From contig NC_006624.1 in NCBI RefSeq assembly GCF_000009965.1, positions 960,001 to 992,000 on the forward strand: a stretch of DNA of 32,000 bases, in the 5' to 3' direction. The DNA is from Thermococcus kodakarensis KOD1. GTDB lineage: Archaea; Methanobacteriota_B; Thermococci; Thermococcales; Thermococcaceae. Position numbers and translations under genes: made by a program. This document shows, piece after piece, positions 8,088-17,710 of this stretch. Position 1 is the first letter of the stretch; each line of letters begins with the position of its first letter. The notes beneath the pieces were generated by a model. That model had not been told where the DNA came from. It made no database searches and worked only from the letters and a program-made list of their open reading frames with translations.

Positions 8088-8702
8088 TTGCACATTCCTG
8101 ACGGACTGTTAAGCACGCCCGTGATAGTGGTGACGTACGCGATAACGATACTGGCTGTTGCGTACTCTTCCAGAAAGCTGAAGGAGGTTCCAGAAGAGAA
8201 AATCCCTCTCCTCGGGCTCTTCGCGGCCGGCATATTCGCGGCGCAGATGGTTAACTTCCCGATAATCGGCGGGGTCAGCGGACATCTGCTCGGTGCAACG
8301 CTGGTAGCGGTTCTCCTCGGCTCCTACGCGGCAGTGATTGTCATGACATCAGTCCTCCTCATCCAGACTCTCCTCTTCGGCGACGGCGGAATAACCGCGA
8401 TAGGTGCCAACATCCTCAACATGGGACTCATCGGGGCCTTCATCGGCTACTGGGTTTACAGCAGGCTCAAGAGCATCCACGAGGGCTTTGCGATGGGACT
8501 CGCCGCCTGGCTCTCCGTTGTGCTCGGTGCGGCGCTGGCTTCAGTTGAGATAGGCCTCAGCCACAGCCTCCCCTTCACGAAGGTTCTTTCCTTGATGGTC
8601 GGCTACCACGCCCTCATCGGGATTGGTGAGGCCGTTCTAACGGTTCTGATAGTTTATTCAATCAAGGCGAGGCTTCCCGAGATAGAGGGGGTGCCTGCAT
8701 GA
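8088..8702 (+). CDS. cbiM: ECF transporter substrate-capture component CbiM/NikM (Ni/Co)
   Basis: Starting at TTG 8088 gives the N-terminus MHIPDGLLS, the conserved CbiM/NikM metal-binding N-terminus. SD GGAGGTG lies 7 nt upstream. The track start at 8079 would add 3 residues in front of it. Confidence 0.85.
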   Translation: MHIPDGLLSTPVIVVTYAITILAVAYSSRKLKEVPEEKIPLLGLFAAGIFAAQMVNFPIIGGVSGHLLGATLVAVLLGSYAAVIVMTSVLLIQTLLFGDGGITAIGANILNMGLIGAFIGYWVYSRLKSIHEGFAMGLAAWLSVVLGAALASVEIGLSHSLPFTKVLSLMVGYHALIGIGEAVLTVLIVYSIKARLPEIEGVPA

Positions 8703-8947
8703 AGGCCGTGATAAAGGGTCTAATGATAATAGCCGTTGTGCTGGCCATCGTCCTTCCCCTTGCATCGAGCAACCCTGACGGCCTTGAGGCAACGATGGAG
8801 AAGGTCGGACTCGAAGAGAAGCCCATCTATGAGGCACCGCTCGACTACGGCGAAACGTGGGGGCAGAGCTTCGCGATGGGACTCCTCGGAATAGCCCTAA
8901 CCTTTGGAGTGGCCTACGCGCTGAGCAGAGCCCTGAAGGGTGTCTGA
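8699..8947 (+). CDS. PDGLE-domain small membrane protein (CbiN/NikN-position component)
   Basis: Signal/TM helix, then the literal SNPDGLEATMEK motif, then a C-terminal TM helix. The ATG overlaps the cbiM stop (ATGA). Confidence 0.75.
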   Translation: MKAVIKGLMIIAVVLAIVLPLASSNPDGLEATMEKVGLEEKPIYEAPLDYGETWGQSFAMGLLGIALTFGVAYALSRALKGV

Positions 8948-9608
8948 GGTGTACCTGCCCTTTATTTTTCTCTACGCTTTTGGGGTCGTAACGAGGAAGA
9001 GCCTGGGCGAGTTAGTCTACTTCTTCCTGCTTTTCGCGGCGGTCGTCGTAGCATTCCGCCCGGAGAAAAGCACTCTCAAAAAGCTCACTTTCCTCCTCGG
9101 CTTTGAGGGATTTCTTTTCCTTCTCGCGCTCTTCAACCCTGGAGAGACTATTTTGAGCACTCCATTTGGGGATGTGACGAGAGAAGGACTGAACTCGTTC
9201 TTCCTCCTTCTGGGGAAGGCCTTTCTCTCGGCTGGTACAGCTCTGATCGTCGTTGAATCGGTGGGTTTTACGAGGATTCTAGCCGAAATGGAGGCCCTGA
9301 GGGTCCCAAGGGTTCTCATCCTCACACTCGCCTTCACCTACCGCTACCTCGACCTCTTCGTTGAGGAAACTACCAGGATGAAGCGGGCCCTCGATTCCAG
9401 AGCCTTCGGTGTGGGAAGGGCCGAATACTACAGGAAGCTCGCTTCTCTCTTTGGAGAGGTCTTCGTGAGGGCCTACCTGAGGAGTGGAAGGGTTTACAGG
9501 GCCATGCTCGCGAGGGGCTTTGGAGAGTTTCCGGTTTTTGAGGAGCCGAGGCCAACACCCGGAACGGTCGTCCTGATGGCACTCGCCGCAGGGGGACTGA
9601 TACTGTGA
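8940..9608 (+). CDS. cbiQ: ECF transporter transmembrane T component CbiQ
   Basis: Polytopic membrane protein with ...FTYRYLDLFVEETTRMKRALDSRAF... (the CbiQ/EcfT coupling-helix region). GTG start at 8940; an alternative GTG lies at 8949. Confidence 0.8.
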   Translation: MSEVYLPFIFLYAFGVVTRKSLGELVYFFLLFAAVVVAFRPEKSTLKKLTFLLGFEGFLFLLALFNPGETILSTPFGDVTREGLNSFFLLLGKAFLSAGTALIVVESVGFTRILAEMEALRVPRVLILTLAFTYRYLDLFVEETTRMKRALDSRAFGVGRAEYYRKLASLFGEVFVRAYLRSGRVYRAMLARGFGEFPVFEEPRPTPGTVVLMALAAGGLIL

Positions 9609-10408
9609 TTGAGATCAAAGGCCTTCACTTCTCATACGGCGGGAGAGAAGTCCTGAGGGGCGTGAACCTGAGGATCAAGAAAGGCGAAGCCTTTGGCCTC
9701 CTTGGGCCGAACGGGGCAGGGAAGAGCACCCTCATCCTGCACCTCAACGGACTGCTAAAGCCGAAGAAGGGTGAAGTGATTATAAACGGGATCAACCCAG
9801 TTAAAAAGCCCGGGAAAGCAAGGAAGATTGTTGGGCTCGTCTTCCAAGATCCAAACGACCAGCTCTTCTCTCCAACGGTGTTCGAGGACGTTGCCTTCGG
9901 CCCATACAATCTCGGTCTGAGGGGTAAAGAGCTCAGAAAGCGTGTTGAAGAGGCTCTCGGGAGAGTTGGGATGCTCGACTACATCAACCGGGAGACGAAG
10001 GCGCTTAGCTTCGGCGAAAAGAAGAGGATAGCGATAGCAACTGTTTTGGCTATGGAACCTGAAGTAATCGTCTTTGACGAGCCCTTCGCGAACCTCGACT
10101 TTAAGGGCAAGAAGGCAGTCAGGGAGATTATACTCGGGCTGAAGCGGGAGGGGAAGACAGTCATCCTCGCAAGCCACGAGGCAGAATACCTCTTCCTCTG
10201 CGACAGGATAGCGCTGATGGACGGGGGTAAAATCGTGAAAGTTGGTTCTCCTGAAGAAGTGCTCGGAAACCCTGAACTTCTTAGGGGGCACAACCTCGAC
10301 GTACCGCCGCTCGTGGAGCTTTTCCTGAGGCTCGGCCTGAAGGTTCCGCGGAGCGTGGAAGAAGGGGTTGAGCTGCTGAAAATGTGGAAGGTCTCCGACT
10401 TGGATTGA
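9605..10408 (+). CDS. cbiO: ECF transporter ATPase CbiO
   Basis: Walker A GPNGAGKST, signature LSFGEKKRIAIA, Walker B VIVFDEP. The GTG start overlaps the cbiQ stop. Confidence 0.9.
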   Translation: MIEIKGLHFSYGGREVLRGVNLRIKKGEAFGLLGPNGAGKSTLILHLNGLLKPKKGEVIINGINPVKKPGKARKIVGLVFQDPNDQLFSPTVFEDVAFGPYNLGLRGKELRKRVEEALGRVGMLDYINRETKALSFGEKKRIAIATVLAMEPEVIVFDEPFANLDFKGKKAVREIILGLKREGKTVILASHEAEYLFLCDRIALMDGGKIVKVGSPEEVLGNPELLRGHNLDVPPLVELFLRLGLKVPRSVEEGVELLKMWKVSDLD

Positions 10409-10499
10409 CATTTTGCTGTGAACCAACTCCTTTCTTATCCTCATTAATAGCCAAAAACTTTAAAAATACTTTTGATCTTAATTATTTTAGTGACTCCTA

Positions 10500-11837
10500 A
10501 TGAGAAGGATTTTAAAAATGCTCAGCATACTAATATTAACAGCACTCTTGATAGGAACAGGCGTATCGGCGGAATGGATGCCACCAGACGGAGGAATTAG
10601 AGTAGTATTGACTGACGAGAACGGAAAGATGCTGAGGGGCTTTTCAGGAGACTATGAAATCCAGGTTCAAATTGACGTTGCCACGCCCTCCGGCATTAAG
10701 ACCCTCGGCCACTACCGGATCAAGCGCTCTGGGTTCTGGAAGTTCGACACGACGAGGAGTGTCTTGAAAGTTGAGGACATCCGGAAGTTCCTATCGAGCA
10801 TAAGCGAGGAGAAGCGCTACGGAATCAGGGTCTCGGTATGGGTGATAGACAGAGAAAACGGCCAGCTCTACAGGGGGATCGGCTCGGACTTCCTCTCGGC
10901 GGAAGACCTGAGGGGAGCTACCAAGAGGGTATCGGTTGAGCTCCTCGAAAAAGAACCTCTCCCAAAACCTGCTCGCGAAAGGTGGTACTACTACGAGTGG
11001 AGGCCCGCAGATGACTCCTGGGAAGCAGAAGAATACGTAAAGGTTCCCATCCTCATCATTGACAACAGGAACGGAAAGGGGGAGCTCCAGGGGTCCGTGT
11101 CTCTGGAAGCATCGTACAAGACGGAGTTCTCAGCGACCATCGCCTACGGGATTGACCTTGAGAAAAAGTTCAGAAGTGGAGACCCAGTAAATGTGCTATC
11201 ATCTTCAGTAGACATATACGGAAAGAGGTGGGTTCCTGTTGAGGGCAACTATTACTTTGGAGATATAGTAGACGTTCCCAAGGGAAGGATGGGTTATATC
11301 TACATCTGGGCCAAACCCTACTACAGACACGAAAAGGAGTACCTCTGCGAGGGAGCAAAATGCAGTGAAACCGGTAGGGAGAGGATAGACGTCGGTATCT
11401 ACGATGTGAAAGCTAGTAAGGGAGTTCATGGATACATAATAGATGGCGGTGCATCTATTGGAAGTCCCGGTTTCGACTGGACATTCTTCAAATTTACCAA
11501 GGAGGGCATATTACATCCACTTGAGGAGAACAAAGGAATAACTCTGAAATACCTTTTGAAGGGCACCAGTGGGGACTGCGGCGTCAAATTTGGAATCGGA
11601 ATCCCTGTGGGAGCCATTGCCGTTGCGTTCGGAGCACCAGCTCCCGTCGCGGGCCTCACAGCTTCACTCCAGTACGAGAATGCAGGAAGCATCTCCATAG
11701 ATGGCACAATAAAAGAAAATGGGCCTACAATAACGATCAACGCCACAAAAAGCTCCCAGAAGTACAAGTTCAAGACGGGATGGTTCAGCTCATGCTCAGC
11801 GGAAATTCCGATGGGCTTCTACATAAAGAGCGGCTGA
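10500..11837 (+). CDS. Secreted or membrane-associated hypothetical protein
   Basis: 445-aa ORF. The N-terminus M(RRILK)MLSILILTALLIGTGVSA-EW is a signal peptide. A hydrophobic Gly/Ala/Pro stretch GIGIPVGAIAVAFGAPAPVAGL lies near the C-terminus. TATA CTTTAAAAATA is upstream and no SD is visible. I recognise no family. Confidence 0.55.
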   Translation: MRRILKMLSILILTALLIGTGVSAEWMPPDGGIRVVLTDENGKMLRGFSGDYEIQVQIDVATPSGIKTLGHYRIKRSGFWKFDTTRSVLKVEDIRKFLSSISEEKRYGIRVSVWVIDRENGQLYRGIGSDFLSAEDLRGATKRVSVELLEKEPLPKPARERWYYYEWRPADDSWEAEEYVKVPILIIDNRNGKGELQGSVSLEASYKTEFSATIAYGIDLEKKFRSGDPVNVLSSSVDIYGKRWVPVEGNYYFGDIVDVPKGRMGYIYIWAKPYYRHEKEYLCEGAKCSETGRERIDVGIYDVKASKGVHGYIIDGGASIGSPGFDWTFFKFTKEGILHPLEENKGITLKYLLKGTSGDCGVKFGIGIPVGAIAVAFGAPAPVAGLTASLQYENAGSISIDGTIKENGPTITINATKSSQKYKFKTGWFSSCSAEIPMGFYIKSG

Positions 11838-11847
11838 AAGCTTTTAA

Positions 11848-11862
11848 TTTTCTTTTTTTTTT
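11848..11862 (+). terminator. Oligo-T terminator (TTTTCTTTTTTTTTT)
   Basis: A T4-C-T10 run 11 nt after the stop of the 445-aa ORF, inside a convergent intergenic gap. Confidence 0.5.
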
Positions 11863-11896
11863 GCTGGCGGAAGGAAAAATATAGAGGATGGGAGCT

Positions 11897-13267
11897 TCAG
11901 CCCTTAAGCGCTTCTTCAAGCAACTTAATCCCAAGCTCAAGGTACTCCCTTGCCTTTTCCTCGCTCTTGGCCTCGCTGAAGATTCTGATTATCGGCTCGG
12001 TTCCGCTTGCCCTCACGAGAACCCAGCCGTCGTCGAAGATTATCTTAGTCCCGTCGGTGGTGTCTATCTTGTAGCCTTTCTTCTCTGCAAGCTCTGCCAC
12101 TTTGGCAACTATAGCCTTCCTGTCACCCTCAACGTGCCTCTTCGTCTTGAACTGGTAGTACTTTGGCAGCTCGTCTATCAGCTCGCTGAACTTTTTCCCG
12201 CTCTTGGCAAAGATTTCAACTATCTTCGCCGTTGTCATCGCCCCGTCCCTGCCGAGCACGAAGTCCGGGAAGATAACGCCGCCGTTCTCCTCGCCGCCTA
12301 TGGTGCCGTTGTTTTCGAGGAGAGCCCTGGCAACGATTAAATCACCCACCTTTGTTCTCATAACTTTGGCTCCGTTCCTCTTCGCTATGTCGTCGAGGAG
12401 GTTGGAAGTCGCTATGGTCGTAACTAAAAGCCCGCCGCCGTTTTCCCTGAGGACTGCGTCGGCTACCAGCGCGAACGTCTTATCGCCCTGGATGAAGCGG
12501 CCGTTCTCGTCGATGAAAACCGCCCTGTCAGCGTCTCCATCCTGAGCAACGCCGAAGTCAGCTCCAAGAGCTTTAACGATCTCCATGAAACCCTTGAGGT
12601 TCTCCTCGTTCGGTTCGGGATTCCTGGCAGGGAAGTGGCCGTCTGGATGAGCATTAACGGAAACAACCTTACAGCCGAGCTCTCTCAATAGATAGGGCAG
12701 GGTTAGACTGCCAGCGCCGTTGGAGGTGTCAACGACGACGAAGGGTCTCCTCTTCTTTATCGCCTCCACATCTACCCTGTTCTTTATCGCCTCGATGTAG
12801 GGCTTGATTATGTCCTCCTTCCTCAGCTCACCAATCTCGTTCCATTTAGCCCTGTGGAAGTCCTCACTGAAGAACAGCTCCTCAACGATGGCTTCCCTTT
12901 CCTTCTTCAACCCCATGCCGTTCGGTTCAAGGAGCTTTATGCCGTTGTACTCGGGCGGGTTGTGGGAGGCGGTTATGACCGCTCCACCGTCGGCATTGAA
13001 GTGATTGGTGGCCCACTGGATTGCAGGGGTTGGAGCTATCCCAACGTCTATGACGTCGCAACCGGTACTCAAAAGTCCGCTGATGAGGGCGTCCTTGAGC
13101 ATTTCACCGCTCACCCTCGTATCCCTGCCGACAACGACGAGCGGCCTTTCTCTACCTTCCCTCTTGAGGAGTGTTCCAAAGGCCATGCCGATTTTAAGGG
13201 CGAACTCTGGGGTTATCTCCTCGTTCGCTATCCCCCTAACGCCAAACGTTCCAAAGAGCTTTCCCAT
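11897..13267 (-). CDS. Phosphoglucomutase/phosphomannomutase (alpha-D-phosphohexomutase family)
   Basis: MGKLFGTFGVRGIANEEITPEF...GGAVITASHNPPEYNGIKL (active-site TASHNP)...GDGDADR...GEENGG. The start is moved to the ATG at 13267, behind SD GGGGTGG. The track extension to 13324 would overlap the manC stop and consume the promoter and TGM. Confidence 0.9.
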   Translation of the reverse strand: MGKLFGTFGVRGIANEEITPEFALKIGMAFGTLLKREGRERPLVVVGRDTRVSGEMLKDALISGLLSTGCDVIDVGIAPTPAIQWATNHFNADGGAVITASHNPPEYNGIKLLEPNGMGLKKEREAIVEELFFSEDFHRAKWNEIGELRKEDIIKPYIEAIKNRVDVEAIKKRRPFVVVDTSNGAGSLTLPYLLRELGCKVVSVNAHPDGHFPARNPEPNEENLKGFMEIVKALGADFGVAQDGDADRAVFIDENGRFIQGDKTFALVADAVLRENGGGLLVTTIATSNLLDDIAKRNGAKVMRTKVGDLIVARALLENNGTIGGEENGGVIFPDFVLGRDGAMTTAKIVEIFAKSGKKFSELIDELPKYYQFKTKRHVEGDRKAIVAKVAELAEKKGYKIDTTDGTKIIFDDGWVLVRASGTEPIIRIFSEAKSEEKAREYLELGIKLLEEALKG

Positions 13268-13279
13268 TGCAACCACCCC

Positions 13280-13296
13280 TATCACTGAGAGTGATA
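13280..13296 (-). promoter_or_regulatory. Thermococcales glycolytic motif (TGM) TATCAC-N5-GTGATA, operator of the pgm/pmm promoter
   Basis: An exact TATCAC-TGAGA-GTGATA. On the minus strand it sits between TATA TTTTAATTTATT and the SD/ATG of the mutase gene. Confidence 0.7.
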
Positions 13297-13310
13297 AATA
13301 AATTAAAAGG

Positions 13311-14708
13311 TTAATCCCTTCCAAAGTCGTCGACGAAGCGGACTATGTCGTCCTCGCCAAGGTATTCCCCAATCTGAGTCTCTATAACCTCTAGAACGAC
13401 CTTTCCAGGGTTTTCAAGGCGGTGTTTGACTCCAGCTGGGATAAAGGTGCTCTCGCCGGGGCGGAGGAGAAGCTCCCTATCACCGACGATTACTTTGGCA
13501 GTTCCCCTAACGACGACCCAGTGCTCGCTCCTGTGGTAGTGCATCTGAAGGGAAAGCTTCTTGCCCGGCAGGACCGTTAGGCGCTTTATCTTGTAGCGGT
13601 CGCCTTCCTCAAGGACTGTGTAGCTTCCCCAAGGCCTGTAGGCGGTTCTATGCACGATAGCCCTCTCGTCGTTCATCTCTCTGAGTGCCCTGTAGATCTC
13701 TTTGACCTTCTGCGTCTCCCCCCTGTGGGCAACGAGAAGGGCATCGCCGGTGTCTATAATAACAAGGTCGCTGACGCCGACCGTTGCGGTGAGCCTCTCA
13801 GTCATTATCAGATTGTTCTTCGAGTTCACGCCGATGTGGTAGCCCTTCTTACCACGAATTTGGACTGCGTTTCCAGCATCGTCCTTTTCAAGGACTTCGT
13901 AAATCGCGTCGAAGCTTCCAAGGTCGCTCCACTTAACGTTGAGCGGCACGACCGCTGCCTTCTCAGTCTTCTCCATTACACCGTAGTCTATGCTTATCTC
14001 TGGGGCTTTCTCGTAGGCCTCCTCAATGCTCGAGCTAGACTCAAAGGCCTCCAAGACTTCAGGCGCGTGCTTTTCAACTTCCTCAAGGAAGAGGGACGTC
14101 GAGAACGCGAACATGCCGCTGTTCCAGTAGTATCCACTTTCCACGTACCTTTTTGCAGTTTCGAGGTCGGGCTTCTCCTTGAACTCGTCAACCCTGTAGC
14201 CGAGGAGCCTTCCGCCTTCTTCGATTCTCTCACCGGGCTTTATGTAGCCGTAGCCCGTGTGGGGTCTGTTGGGCTTTATTCCAAACGTCACCAGGAACTT
14301 ATCAGCAAGCCTCTCAGCGTTCTCGAAGGCTCTTTCGTAGGCTTCACCTGTCTCTATCAGGTGGTCGCTCGGAAGAACGGCAACCTTTGAAGGTCCAAAC
14401 TTCTCCTCAATCTTAAGAACCGCCCAGACTATAGCGGGGAGGGTGTTTTTACCGACGGGTTCAAGCAGAATGTTGTCCGCGGGCAACTCTATCCTAATCT
14501 CCCTGAGGTCGTCCATAACCCTGAAGCGGTAGTCCTTGTTGGTCACAACGAATATCTCCGATGGCTTTGAGAAAAGCAGTGCCCTCTCAACTGTTTTTTG
14601 GAAGAGGCTCTCATCGTCGAGGAAGCGGACGAACTGCTTCGGCATCAGCTCCCTGCTGAGCGGCCAGAGCCTCGTCCCCTTCCCACCCGCGAGGAGTACA
14701 GTCTTCAT
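13311..14708 (-). CDS. manC: Bifunctional mannose-1-phosphate guanylyltransferase / mannose-6-phosphate isomerase (cupin C-terminus)
   Basis: MKTVLLAGGKGTRLWPLSRELMPKQF is the NTP-transferase G-rich loop. The C-terminal cupin reads ...LSLQMHYHRSEHWVVVRGTAKV...IPAGVKHRLENPG. ATG at 14708, behind SD GGTGGG. Confidence 0.9.
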   Translation of the reverse strand: MKTVLLAGGKGTRLWPLSRELMPKQFVRFLDDESLFQKTVERALLFSKPSEIFVVTNKDYRFRVMDDLREIRIELPADNILLEPVGKNTLPAIVWAVLKIEEKFGPSKVAVLPSDHLIETGEAYERAFENAERLADKFLVTFGIKPNRPHTGYGYIKPGERIEEGGRLLGYRVDEFKEKPDLETAKRYVESGYYWNSGMFAFSTSLFLEEVEKHAPEVLEAFESSSSIEEAYEKAPEISIDYGVMEKTEKAAVVPLNVKWSDLGSFDAIYEVLEKDDAGNAVQIRGKKGYHIGVNSKNNLIMTERLTATVGVSDLVIIDTGDALLVAHRGETQKVKEIYRALREMNDERAIVHRTAYRPWGSYTVLEEGDRYKIKRLTVLPGKKLSLQMHYHRSEHWVVVRGTAKVIVGDRELLLRPGESTFIPAGVKHRLENPGKVVLEVIETQIGEYLGEDDIVRFVDDFGRD

Positions 14709-14767
14709 GATTCCCACCGGAGCAAGTTGACAGCACTTCTTATAACTCTTAAGGATAAAGAAAGGGG

Positions 14768-16748
<1,981 letters not shown>

Positions 16749-16798
16749 GGTATCACCGTTAAAAAAAGGGAGTGTGGGTATTTAACCTTTAGCCTCTT

Positions 16799-16815
16799 TA
16801 TCACCCTGAGTGATA
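16799..16815 (-). promoter_or_regulatory. Thermococcales glycolytic motif (TGM) TATCAC-N5-GTGATA upstream of pgiA
   Basis: An exact TATCAC-CCTGA-GTGATA. It is extended by a third overlapping half-site, making the 14-bp perfect palindrome GAGTGATATCACTC (16808-16821). Confidence 0.7.
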
Positions 16816-16998
16816 TCACTCTGCAGGCCTGACCTCGATCTTCTTGCCGATGACGAGCTCGGCGGCCTTCACAGCGGCACCGCCGCTCCCGACGGCAATC
16901 CTGACTTTATCAGCGGGAACGTAGACAACTATCTTGTCGTCGGCCTCTTCGATCCTGATTATCTCCACGTTGAGCATCTTCTCAAGCCTCTCCTTCAT
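16816..16998 (-). CDS. Small KH-domain (NusA-like) RNA-binding protein
   Basis: 60 aa with VRIAVGSGGAAVKAAELVIGKKIEV (KH GxxG loop). SD GGAGGG lies 6 nt before the ATG. It is the last gene of the rnz-traB operon. Confidence 0.55.
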   Translation of the reverse strand: MKERLEKMLNVEIIRIEEADDKIVVYVPADKVRIAVGSGGAAVKAAELVIGKKIEVRPAE

Positions 16999-17026
16999 GG
17001 CTGGCCCTCCAAAGGTTCTTGACGTT

Positions 17027-17710
17027 TCAGAATATAAAAGTAACGGGTTCAGTCTTTCCTCTGTTCAGAATGCGTTCTATCCCGGGCTTGTGTCCCAGAC
17101 CCACCACCGCCACAACCTTCGGACGTTGTACTCCCCCAGCGAGCAGTGAATCGACTATCATCATAAGGTTTCTGGCCATTACCTCGTTCCTCTCCTCCAC
17201 CAGGACGCGGTAAAGGTACGGATACCTCCTCCTGAACTCCAGCATCATCCAGCGGTATTCCTCAAAAGGGTCGCCGATGTCAACGGCCTTGATGGGAAGG
17301 AAGACCCCCAGGGATTCCAGCGCCATGAGGAGCTTTTCCCTCACTGGTGCGCGGGATATCTTGGCGAGAATAAGACCTATGTCCTCGTCTATGAGGTAGA
17401 GAGGTACTCCAATGGCGCGGGCGGCCTCTATCGCTGCCTTCATCTCCTCACCCGGAGCCATTCCGAACGTCTCACCGAGCTTCTCCTCGACCTTGGCGAG
17501 GACGTAGTTTATCACGCCCTTTCTTCCGAGCCTGAGGGAGTCAGAGAGGGTCATTTCTATTTTCTGCTGCATTCCGATAAATCGAGCCCTGTCAAGTTCA
17601 ACGGCAACGGCGTGCGGTCTCTCCTTTAATATCGTCCTGAAGACCTCGTCCCTGCTCTTTGGCGAAACGTGCATCGTTCCTATTATTTTGACGTAACGTA
17701 GGTAGTTCAT
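17027..17710 (-). CDS. TraB/GumN-family protein
   Basis: The N-terminus VKIIGTMHVSPKSRDEV...AVAVELDRARF is the TraB GTxHVS signature. The ATG overlaps the rnz stop (ATGA). Confidence 0.8.
   Translation of the reverse strand: MNYLRYVKIIGTMHVSPKSRDEVFRTILKERPHAVAVELDRARFIGMQQKIEMTLSDSLRLGRKGVINYVLAKVEEKLGETFGMAPGEEMKAAIEAARAIGVPLYLIDEDIGLILAKISRAPVREKLLMALESLGVFLPIKAVDIGDPFEEYRWMMLEFRRRYPYLYRVLVEERNEVMARNLMMIVDSLLAGGVQRPKVVAVVGLGHKPGIERILNRGKTEPVTFIF

Noticed and set aside
9755-10444. 229-aa minus-strand ORF
   Set aside because: It lies entirely antisense to cbiO, which carries the Walker A, Walker B and signature motifs. It has no recognisable motifs of its own.
13268-13324. 19-aa N-terminal extension of the PGM/PMM ORF
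   Set aside because: It would overlap the manC stop and run through the TATA box, the TGM and the SD. The conserved MGKLFGTFGVRG N-terminus starts at 13267.
13650-14390. 246-aa plus-strand ORF
   Set aside because: It is antisense to manC and is a shadow ORF of a GC-rich gene with a clear nucleotidyltransferase and cupin translation.
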